The notes: generated by a model from the sequence alone, not told the origin. Shown: positions 8,156-15,458, counted from the stretch's first letter. The stretch: 32,000 nt of DNA from Moraxella nasicaprae (GCF_025643275.1 NZ_CP089977.1:570001-602000); one strand, 5' to 3'. Made by a program: numbers and translations.

Positions 8156-9304
8156 CTATTTCACTTCTGAAAATTTTAAAATGGCTTCTGGCAAACGCTC
8201 GCCCATAATTTGAATTTGCTCCAATTCAGTGCGGAATGCTTTTAATTCATCATCACCAAAGACAATGTCGCTTGCCCCCAAATTCTCCATTAAATGAAAG
8301 CCTTTGGTAGTACCTGCAATCGGTACAATGCCGTCATATTGAGCAAGTAGCCACGCCAATGAAAATTGGGCTGGGGTGCAGACTTTGCGGTTTGCCCATT
8401 TTCTGATTAACGCAAAGAGTTTGGCGTTTTGAGCCAAATTTTGCGGAGCAAAACGGGGCAAAATGCCACGCAAATCTTGACTAGGGTCATTGGCAAAGCG
8501 TGTGTGTTCATTGACATAGCCCGCCAAAGTCCCCATACCCAAAGGCGACCACGGCACAAAGCCAATGCCAAGCTGACGGCACACAGGCAACACATCATTT
8601 TCACGCCCACGAAACAGCAATGAATACTCGCTTTGAATGGCAGTAATGGGAGCAATGGCGTGAGCTTTTTCAATGGTTTGAGGCGACACTTCACACAAGC
8701 CATAGCCCAAAATCTTACCTGCCTGTATCAACTCTTTCATTACCCCTGCAATCTCTTCTACTGGCACTTCGGGGTCGGCACGGTGCTGATACAACAAATC
8801 AATGCGGTCGGTTTGCAAACGACTTAACATATTATCCACCACCATTTTGATGTGGTTAGGCTTGCTGTTTACCTTGCCTGTGCGTTGTCCTGTTTTTTGG
8901 TCAATATCCCAACCGTATTTGGTTGCCAAAACGATTTGATTGCGAAAAGGCTTAATCGCCTCGCCCACAATCCGCTCACTTTTAAAAGGTCCATAGGCTT
9001 CGGCTGTATCAAAAAAAGTAACACCGTGTTCAAAGGCTTGGCGAATGATTTTAACCGAATGATTTTTATCAGGTTCTGGCACGCCATACATATTTTGCCC
9101 AAAGCCTTGACAGCCAAGCCCCAAAGCTGACACGGTCAAATTGCCTAATTTTCTTGTGGGCAAAACAGATTGGGTGGTTTTGGTGGTGGATACAACATTT
9201 TTTGAGTGTCTAGCATTTGCCAACACACCAGAACAGGCGGATACCGCCATACCTACACCGATTAACCCACTGCTTTTTAACAGATTTCTGCGAGAAATAC
9301 TCAT
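8156..9304 (-). CDS. Aldo/keto reductase with twin-arginine (Tat) signal peptide
   Basis: N-terminus MSISRRNLLKSSGLIGVGMAVSACSGVLANA (SRRxLLK Tat motif + h-region + AxA). AKR core FFDTAEAYGP, IDLLYQHR. Start trimmed to ATG 9304 (AAGGA RBS). Confidence 0.8.
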   Translation of the reverse strand: MSISRRNLLKSSGLIGVGMAVSACSGVLANARHSKNVVSTTKTTQSVLPTRKLGNLTVSALGLGCQGFGQNMYGVPEPDKNHSVKIIRQAFEHGVTFFDTAEAYGPFKSERIVGEAIKPFRNQIVLATKYGWDIDQKTGQRTGKVNSKPNHIKMVVDNMLSRLQTDRIDLLYQHRADPEVPVEEIAGVMKELIQAGKILGYGLCEVSPQTIEKAHAIAPITAIQSEYSLLFRGRENDVLPVCRQLGIGFVPWSPLGMGTLAGYVNEHTRFANDPSQDLRGILPRFAPQNLAQNAKLFALIRKWANRKVCTPAQFSLAWLLAQYDGIVPIAGTTKGFHLMENLGASDIVFGDDELKAFRTELEQIQIMGERLPEAILKFSEVK

Positions 9305-9337
9305 CAAATTTTCCTTAAAATTTTCAAAATGCCAAAT

Positions 9338-9358
9338 ATTGAGTGTATTGTAATCAAT
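9338..9358. promoter_or_regulatory. Candidate LysR-type (T-N11-A) operator in divergent promoter region
   Basis: Perfect dyad ATTGA-N11-TCAAT at 9338-9358, between the AKR operon start (9304) and the LysR start (9415). Confidence 0.35.
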
Positions 9359-9414
9359 CATTTTGTTAAAATATATAAGCAAAATCAAAACAGACTGTTT
9401 AGGATATTGGAACA

Positions 9415-10290
9415 ATGCCATACTTTGACGACTTATATTTATTTTTAACGATTGTACAAACAGGCAGTTTTACCAAAGCTGGCGAAAAATTGGGCGTATC
9501 TAAATCTGCACTATCGCAAAGTATCAGTCATTTGGAAAACCGCTTAAATATCCGCCTATTAAACCGCACCACAAGAAGCGTCTCACCCACGCCAGAGGGT
9601 TTGTCTTTGTATAACGACCTTGCACCCCATTATTTTGCCATTGGCGAGGGGCTTGCCAAACTGACCGAACATCAAGCCCACATCACAGGCACAGTACGCA
9701 TTAACGCCAGTCATTTGGCGATACAAACGGTGATTTTGCCCAAACTTGCCCCTATTTTGAGCCAAAATCCGCATATTTTTGTACAACTTTACAGCGATAA
9801 CCGCTTTGTGGATATTGTGGCAGAAGGCTTTGATATGGGGGTACGGCTTGGCGGTACGGTCGCAAGCGGTATGATTGCGGTCAAAATTTCACAAATGGTG
9901 CAAATTACGCTGGTTGCCACGCCCAATTATCTAAAAAATAAAGACATTCCAAAAAGCATTGATGACCTAGACCATCATCATCTGATTAATCTGCAACTGG
10001 ATAAAAATAAACCGCCAATGGACTGGGAATTTTGGGTCAATGGCAAGGTGGTCTCTTACACGCCCAAAAGTCAAATTTTAATGAATGGCAATGGACTAAA
10101 TGCCATTTTGCAAGATTTGGGCATTGGGCTTGTGGGGCTGTCGCAAGTGGAGCGTTTCATCAAAACAGGGGAACTTGTTGAAATTTTACCAGAGTTTAGA
10201 ATGACTTATGAGCCATTTTATGCCTATTACCCTAGCCGAAAACACCATTCAAAGGCGTTTGAGGTGGTATTAAATGCGTTAAGGGAATAG
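9415..10290 (+). CDS. LysR-family transcriptional regulator
   Basis: 291 aa. N-terminal HTH FLTIVQTGSFTKAGEKLGVSKSALSQSISHLENRL. Divergent from the AKR operon. Confidence 0.9.
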   Translation: MPYFDDLYLFLTIVQTGSFTKAGEKLGVSKSALSQSISHLENRLNIRLLNRTTRSVSPTPEGLSLYNDLAPHYFAIGEGLAKLTEHQAHITGTVRINASHLAIQTVILPKLAPILSQNPHIFVQLYSDNRFVDIVAEGFDMGVRLGGTVASGMIAVKISQMVQITLVATPNYLKNKDIPKSIDDLDHHHLINLQLDKNKPPMDWEFWVNGKVVSYTPKSQILMNGNGLNAILQDLGIGLVGLSQVERFIKTGELVEILPEFRMTYEPFYAYYPSRKHHSKAFEVVLNALRE

Positions 10291-10292
10291 GT

Positions 10293-10370
10293 TTCAGGCA
10301 GCCTGAAAGGTTATTTTGCCCATTTTAAAATAAAAAAAACCGCTTGAATTGCTCAAACGGTGTTTTTCTT
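10293..10370. repeat. Composite intergenic module, copy b
   Basis: TTCAGGCAGCCTGAAAG GTTATTTTGCCCATTTT ... AAAAAAAACCGCTTGAATTGCTCAAACGGTGTTTTT. Lies between the convergent LysR and LLM genes. Confidence 0.75.
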
Positions 10371-10371
10371 T

Positions 10372-11307
10372 TCAAAATTGTGTCAAAGCATACTCTGCCA
10401 ATTCCGTCAGCACTTCATCGGCAGGTCTTTGTGTGGGTTTTAAATTTAACGCCAAATGCGTTACGCCTTTTTCTTGTTCTTTTACCCAAAAGTCTGCCAA
10501 GCCTTTTGCCCCGCCACGCAGATAAATGTTGTTAAACAGTTGGGTGGGGGAATTTTTATCCGCCAGCACTTCCACAAATTGAGCATAGCCAAAGGCGGTT
10601 GGCGTCTCTTTTTGGCGTAAATCGGCAAGGGTTTTGATGATGTTTGCCGTGTCATCGGGGTTCACGCCGTGCCACAGCCACGCATCAGGTACATTGGCAA
10701 GATACGCCATTTCTTGCCTTGCTCGCCCAATCGCCACAATGGGCAAGCGGTGTTTGGGTTTGGGGAGTAAATCCAAATTGCCTGTTAAATCGCCATAATG
10801 TTTACCATTAAAATGGGGAAAGTCCTGCTCGGTCAAGGTTTTAATCAGTTCAATGTTTTCACGAAAACGCTCGGCACGATTGGTAAAATTTTCATTAAAA
10901 GCAGGGTATTCCACAGGTCTATCGCCAGAGGATAAGCCCAATAAAAACCGTCCATTACTGAGTTTATCCACGCTGACCGCAGACTTGGCAATGTGAATGG
11001 GACTACGCAAAGGGGCAATCAGCCCTGCCGTGCCAAGGGCGATTTTTTGGGTGTGGGCGGACAAAAAACCAAGTGTAACCATCGGGTCAAGCCCTTGCCC
11101 CACATCGCCAAAATGAGGGTCATAAAACGGCACATCTCGTACCCACAATGCTGAAAAGCCCAAGTTTTCAGCCAGCCGTGCATTGTCGGCAATGGCGGTC
11201 AAATCGTCTGGAATGTGCTTTTGATAGCCCATAAAGGGAGCGATTAAGCCCAGTGTTAATTGATTTTGCCCAAAAACTTGGGAGAAAATGGGGGAAAGCG
11301 TGTTCAT
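10372..11307 (-). CDS. LLM-class (luciferase-like) flavin-dependent oxidoreductase
   Basis: 311 aa. LGFSALWVRD, GRFLLGLSSGDRPVEYPAF and overall luciferase-like pattern. Confidence 0.8.
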   Translation of the reverse strand: MNTLSPIFSQVFGQNQLTLGLIAPFMGYQKHIPDDLTAIADNARLAENLGFSALWVRDVPFYDPHFGDVGQGLDPMVTLGFLSAHTQKIALGTAGLIAPLRSPIHIAKSAVSVDKLSNGRFLLGLSSGDRPVEYPAFNENFTNRAERFRENIELIKTLTEQDFPHFNGKHYGDLTGNLDLLPKPKHRLPIVAIGRARQEMAYLANVPDAWLWHGVNPDDTANIIKTLADLRQKETPTAFGYAQFVEVLADKNSPTQLFNNIYLRGGAKGLADFWVKEQEKGVTHLALNLKPTQRPADEVLTELAEYALTQF

Positions 11308-11384
11308 TTTGGTGTACCTGTCTTATTTAAGATAAGGTATTTTAAGGGCTTTTGAGTTTGCTTAAAATGGGATAAATTGAGAAA

Positions 11385-11484
11385 GTGTTTTGCTAAATTG
11401 GCATAAATGATTTTTTTGGGCTGGCTGAAAAGGATTTTACCCCATTTTAAAAAACACCGCTTAATTTAAAATTAAACGGTGTTT
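11385..11484. repeat. Composite intergenic module, copy c (with 28-bp left extension)
   Basis: TTTTGCTAAATTGGCATAAATGATTTTT (11388-11415), then TTGGGCTGGCTGAAAAG GATTTTACCCCATTTT AAAAAACACCGCTTAATTTAAAATTAAACGGTGTTT. Confidence 0.75.
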
Positions 11485-11487
11485 GTA

Positions 11488-11796
11488 CTCATTCAACAAA
11501 TTGGATTGATTTGCTCGAAAACCAAATAATAATTGTTGAGTTTTGGCTAGATAGCGTACGCCTATCCTTGTGCGTTTACGATAATCTTGCTGTTGTGAAC
11601 GAATCGGTTTTAGCCATTCATCAGGTTGAACCTGTGCCAAATGCTGAAAATGTGATGCCAAAACGTGCTGTTTATGCTCAATTTGTGCATTTAAATCCAA
11701 ATGCTGCAAATTACAACCACCACATTGCCTATAATATGTACAAAACGGTTGAACACGATTGCGTGATTGTTCCCCAATAATCCGCACCATATCTGC
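11488..11796 (-). pseudogene. rlmD: Internal fragment of 23S rRNA (uracil-C5)-methyltransferase RlmD/RumA, truncated at both ends
   Basis: ADMVRIIGEQSRNRVQPFCTYYRQCGGCNLQH...DYRKRTRIGVRYLAKTQQLLFGFR parallels the E. coli RlmD Fe-S cluster region (RCPHFGVCGGCQQQH...[23 protein letters not shown]). The TRAM N-terminus and the whole methyltransferase domain are missing. The ORF tail is read from module c. Confidence 0.8.
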
Positions 11797-11880
11797 CTCA
11801 ATAAATATTAATTTTATTTGCAATACCAGAGACCAAAATAGGATTATACATGGGTCATATTCTCAAAATTTCATCATAAG

Positions 11881-12363
11881 TTATGATTTAAATTGACATC
11901 TGGCTTTATTTTCAGTTTGATAATCAAAGCGATATTTTTGCACACCGTCAGGCGTTTCTTTGGATAAAATCACATATTTTTTAGGTTTTAATTTAACCAA
12001 ATGCAACTGCGTTAAAAAAGGTCGATAATCATAACCAGACGAGATATAAAAATTAGCCATCACGCCATTATCATTTTCAGGCACGCCAACAATACGATAT
12101 AAGGGTTTCTCTGTATTATGACAATCATATTTCCATTCACGATAAAAATAATAACCCTTGTTATCACTATGTTCGCCTAATTCAAACACAATCGAATGAT
12201 GTGTTGTTGGGTCATCATAGACCCAAAAAGCATTGGCTAAACGGCTTGCCAATGGTTGACGTTCGATATTGATTGATTGTGTGCCGACACCTGATTTTGC
12301 ATAGCTGATTTGACTACACAATACTCCACCCAATAAAATACACCACACCAAGTTAAAACGCAT
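11881..12363 (-). CDS. Secreted hypothetical protein (Sec signal peptide)
   Basis: 160 aa. N-terminal MRFNLVWCILLGGVLCSQISYA signal. No family recognised. Start overlaps the upstream gene by 11 nt. Confidence 0.6.
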   Translation of the reverse strand: MRFNLVWCILLGGVLCSQISYAKSGVGTQSINIERQPLASRLANAFWVYDDPTTHHSIVFELGEHSDNKGYYFYREWKYDCHNTEKPLYRIVGVPENDNGVMANFYISSGYDYRPFLTQLHLVKLKPKKYVILSKETPDGVQKYRFDYQTENKARCQFKS

Positions 12364-12595
12364 TATACATCCCCTTCATCAATCGAAAATATTCCCACTC
12401 TTCCACCACCTGCCCATTTGGCAACACACAGACACCGTATTCTGAACCGTCAGCATTTTTACGGATTTGCGATTGTCCGCCTTGTTTCACACAAAATTCC
12501 GAAGCTGGATTAAGTGCATCGGTGATTTGGTTTGGCGTACTTTGACAGGCGGTCAAAACACTCATCATCACTCCCAATAGCAGTAAGTTTTTCAT
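12353..12595 (-). CDS. DUF333-domain lipoprotein (so-called putative hemolysin family)
   Basis: 80 aa. Lipobox LTAC. NPASEFCVKQGG...GVCVLPNGQVVEEWEYFR matches the DUF333 pattern. Confidence 0.75.
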   Translation of the reverse strand: MKNLLLLGVMMSVLTACQSTPNQITDALNPASEFCVKQGGQSQIRKNADGSEYGVCVLPNGQVVEEWEYFRLMKGMYNAF

Positions 12596-12680
12596 TTTTA
12601 ATACCTTTTTCAGTTAAGAAATGGCGGTATTGTAAGCGGTTTTGGCTTAAAGTTTAAGTATTCAATTGTGAAATGGCTTG

Positions 12681-12757
12681 TCAGGCAGCCTGAAAACCCA
12701 TTTTGCAAAATTTTTATAAAAAAACACCGTTTTCAATTTAACGAAAACGGTGTTTTT
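12681..12757. repeat. Composite intergenic module, copy d
   Basis: TCAGGCAGCCTGAAAA CCCATTTTGCAAAATTTTT ... AAAAAACACCGTTTTCAATTTAACGAAAACGGTGTTTTT. Lies directly 3' of the ABM gene. Confidence 0.75.
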
Positions 12758-12766
12758 AATTAAAAA

Positions 12767-13117
12767 TCAACCAATTCGCTTACCAAATTCAAATGGCATA
12801 TCGCTATACACCACTTCAAATAAGCCATTGAAATATTGAATGCCGTCCATTACCCCTGCTGGCATATCTTTGTGGGCAGTTTGCAGGGCTTTTTGGAATT
12901 TCTCGGGGCTTTCCCATAAAGCGACATTCACAAATTTAAAATGCCCATTGGGGTCAATGTTTTTGTGTAATTGGGTAGCGATATAGCCATCTTGGGTTTT
13001 TAAAAATTCGGCAGACTTTTGCCAAAATTCCAACATTACCGCTTCTTTTTCGGCTGGGACAATAAAGCTGTTAATCAGCACATAAGCGTCTTTTGGATTG
13101 AAAGTTACATTGCTCAT
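12767..13117 (-). CDS. Antibiotic-biosynthesis-monooxygenase (ABM) family protein
   Basis: 116 aa with ferredoxin-like ABM pattern (INSFIVP...EFW...YIATQLH...FKFVNVALWES). Confidence 0.65.
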   Translation of the reverse strand: MSNVTFNPKDAYVLINSFIVPAEKEAVMLEFWQKSAEFLKTQDGYIATQLHKNIDPNGHFKFVNVALWESPEKFQKALQTAHKDMPAGVMDGIQYFNGLFEVVYSDMPFEFGKRIG

Positions 13118-13173
13118 AGATTACTCCGATGGTTAAAATAAACAGTTAAAAAATAGAAAACTTATGCAATAAA

Positions 13174-13632
13174 TTATATCATTTTTGATAAAACTTTCTC
13201 GCCTTTTATTTGATGGAAAATTGCCAATCCAATATGCCCAACAATTAAAAGTAATAAAAGCATTGCTAATTCGCCGTGCAAATTATTACCAAGCTGTACC
13301 AAAAATTCATTGCCATTTTCACGCCCAATATTTCTTGCCATTCCCAAAACAGGAACAATCAACATCAAAGCATATAAGGCAAAATGTCCAATTTTGACTT
13401 TCGTATCGTTTTTTGGGCGTTTTTTGGCATTAACCGCCGCCCACACAATGCGAAGCACGGTCAAAACCAGCACCGCCATTCCAAGAGCCTGATGTGGCTG
13501 TAACAAAAAGCGTAAGTCCGGGTTAAATTTGGCAATGAGTGCTGTGGCAAACATAGCGATGTAGCCTAAAAATATGCCCCAGTGCAACAGGCGTGAGATG
13601 GTGCCGTAGCGGTTTTGAGTGTCTGGTTTCAT
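13174..13632 (-). CDS. Cytochrome b561-family membrane protein
   Basis: 152 aa with 4 TM segments. N-terminal RYGTISRLLHWGI motif plus conserved His residues in later helices. Confidence 0.7.
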   Translation of the reverse strand: MKPDTQNRYGTISRLLHWGIFLGYIAMFATALIAKFNPDLRFLLQPHQALGMAVLVLTVLRIVWAAVNAKKRPKNDTKVKIGHFALYALMLIVPVLGMARNIGRENGNEFLVQLGNNLHGELAMLLLLLIVGHIGLAIFHQIKGEKVLSKMI

Positions 13633-13649
13633 TTGCGTTCTCCAATTTA

Positions 13650-13705
13650 TATAGCTTACTATGGAAAATAGTATAGCACACTATGCATTTAAATAGCAAG
13701 CTATA
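13650..13705. promoter_or_regulatory. Candidate MarR operator (imperfect 13-bp inverted repeat) in divergent promoter region
   Basis: TATAGCTTACTAT at 13650-13662 versus ATAGCAAGCTATA at 13693-13705 (12/13 complementary). A related ATAGTATAGC lies in between. Confidence 0.4.
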
Positions 13706-13721
13706 TTTTTATTCATTTTTG

Positions 13722-13730
13722 TGTTATAAT
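13722..13730 (+). promoter_or_regulatory. Extended -10 promoter element for the MarR gene
   Basis: TGTTATAAT (TGn + TATAAT), 31 nt upstream of ATG 13761. Confidence 0.45.
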
Positions 13731-13760
13731 AATAGTACTTTGATTTATAAGGAAAAATAA

Positions 13761-14198
13761 ATGACGATTAACCAAAAAAATTCGCTGGGCTATCTGACCA
13801 ATATGATTGCTCGCCAGTTTGCCCAGCTTATCGGACAAGAGCTTGCCCCTTTGGGCTTAAATCCTGCCTATTTGCCTGTGCTGTTTGAGCTGTGGGACGG
13901 ACAAGAGCTGACCCAGCAAGAATTGACCGAAAAAAGTTCGGTTTCGCAAGCGACAATGGCAAACACGCTGGGGCGTATGGAGCGGGACGGTCTGATTGAA
14001 CGCCTGCCCAACCCAAACGATGCCAGAAGTCGGCTGATACGGCTGACCTCTGCCGCCCTTGCCAAAAAAGACGATTGTGTCGCCGCCGCTCAAAAAATCA
14101 ATAACGGCGTGCTAGAAGCCCTTGACGAACAAGAAATCAAGGCGTGGCTTGATATTATGAATAAAGTGGTACAAAGACAAAAACAGATGTTGGGGTAG
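13761..14198 (+). CDS. MarR-family transcriptional regulator
   Basis: 145 aa. LTQQELTEKSSVSQATMANTLGRMERDGLIERLPNPNDARSRLIRLT. Confidence 0.85.
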   Translation: MTINQKNSLGYLTNMIARQFAQLIGQELAPLGLNPAYLPVLFELWDGQELTQQELTEKSSVSQATMANTLGRMERDGLIERLPNPNDARSRLIRLTSAALAKKDDCVAAAQKINNGVLEALDEQEIKAWLDIMNKVVQRQKQMLG

Positions 14199-14202
14199 GT
14201 TT

Positions 14203-14275
14203 GGGCTGGCTGAAAGTTTATTTTGCAAAATTTGAAAACAAAAGTGCCGTCTGAAATATTTTTCAAACGGCATTC
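14203..14275. repeat. Composite intergenic module, copy e (terminator arm replaced by a GCCGTCTGAA hairpin)
   Basis: GGGCTGGCTGAAAG TTTATTTTGCAAAATTT ... GTGCCGTCTGAAATATTTTTCAAACGGCAT. Lies between the convergent MarR and quinone oxidoreductase genes. Confidence 0.75.
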
Positions 14276-14294
14276 CATTTCATTTAAAAAACAA

Positions 14295-15284
14295 TCAAAC
14301 CTTAACCACAATCTTACCAATCTGCTGATTGCTTGCCATATATTCGTGGGCTTTAACCATTTCATCAAAGGCAAAGATTTTGTCAATTTCTGGGCGTAAC
14401 TGACCGCTTGCCAAACCGTCATAAACAAATTGTTTGGCTTGGGCGAGTTTTTCAGGCACGGTGGTGATTTCAAAGAGTTCATACCCCCTCACCGTCAAAT
14501 GTTTGCCCAAAATCGGAAAGACTGGCACAGCAATATCATCGTGGCTTAATGCCCCATAAATGATGTAACGACCATCTTGTGCCATTGCGTTGATGATTTT
14601 TGCCGCCTCTTGTCCGCCCACAGGGTCAAATACCACATTCACGCCTTTGCCGTTTGTGATTTTAAGAAGTGTGGCGGTTACATCGTCTTCGCTTGTGGCG
14701 ACCACAAAATCCGCCCCTTTTTCCAAAAGTACATCGCCTTTGGCGTGGGTGCGAGACAAGGCAATCACCGTTGCCCCTTGCATTTTGGCGATTTGAATGC
14801 TTGCCAGACCGACCGAACTGGTTGCACCGCCCAGCACCACCACATCGCCTTTTTGTACTTTGCCAAACTCAATCAGTCCGCCATAAGCGGTAACAAACGC
14901 CATCCAACTGGCGGACGCTTGTTCCATTGTCAGATTGTCAGGGTGCTTGACCACGGCGTGTTTGGGCATATTGACGATTTCGCCATAAGTGCCGTATTCG
15001 GTAAACATAAAAGATGGAATAATGCTGACCTTATCGCCAATGGCAACTTCGCTCACACCCTCGCCAATCGCCACGACCACGCCTGCCCCTTCGTAGCCCA
15101 AAGTCGCAGGGAATACAGGGTCAATCACATACGCCCCTTCTCGGTACATCATTTCGGCACGGTTTAAGCCAATGGCGTGGATTTGGATTTGTACTTCGTG
15201 TGCTTTTGGTGTAGGAATTGCTACATCAACGATTTGTAGCACATCAGGCGAACCTGTTTTTGTAAATTGGATTTGTTTGCTCAT
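14295..15284 (-). CDS. Zinc-independent MDR-family NADPH:quinone oxidoreductase
   Basis: 329 aa. GLNRAEMMYREGAY, nucleotide-binding GGATSSVGLASIQIAK, C-terminal GKIVVKV. Confidence 0.85.
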   Translation of the reverse strand: MSKQIQFTKTGSPDVLQIVDVAIPTPKAHEVQIQIHAIGLNRAEMMYREGAYVIDPVFPATLGYEGAGVVVAIGEGVSEVAIGDKVSIIPSFMFTEYGTYGEIVNMPKHAVVKHPDNLTMEQASASWMAFVTAYGGLIEFGKVQKGDVVVLGGATSSVGLASIQIAKMQGATVIALSRTHAKGDVLLEKGADFVVATSEDDVTATLLKITNGKGVNVVFDPVGGQEAAKIINAMAQDGRYIIYGALSHDDIAVPVFPILGKHLTVRGYELFEITTVPEKLAQAKQFVYDGLASGQLRPEIDKIFAFDEMVKAHEYMASNQQIGKIVVKV

Positions 15285-15357
15285 TGTTTTGACCTTTTGT
15301 GAAAATAATGGGCGTATTTTAATGCAATGAATTTATTTTAAAAATCACATCAATCGC

Positions 15358-15447
15358 AAAACACTTTTGCTAAATTGGCATAAATGATTTTTCAGGCTTC
15401 TTGAAAAGAAAAACACCGCTTATCATAACGATAAACGGTGTTTTTTT
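15358..15447. repeat. Composite intergenic module, copy f (with 28-bp left extension, spacer deleted)
   Basis: TTTTGCTAAATTGGCATAAATGATTTTT (15365-15392), then CAGGCTTCTTGAAAAG AAAAACACCGCTTATCATAACGATAAACGGTGTTTTTTT. Confidence 0.75.
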
Positions 15448-15458
15448 AAAACATTGTC

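Noticed and set aside
9305-9421. Long N-terminal extensions of ORFs 8156..9421, 4230..4886, 19496..20644, 29536..30426, 21989..22834 and 6261..6728
   Set aside because: Internal ATGs preceded by good RBS sequences give canonical N-termini (Tat signal, lipobox, signal peptide or family start). The 8156..9421 extension would also overlap the divergent LysR start.
14577-15167. 196-aa plus-strand ORF (and the ORFs at 14590, 14669 and 14090..14482)
   Set aside because: They lie antisense to, or out of frame with, the well-supported quinone oxidoreductase gene. The Cys/His/Arg-rich composition is typical of shadow ORFs.
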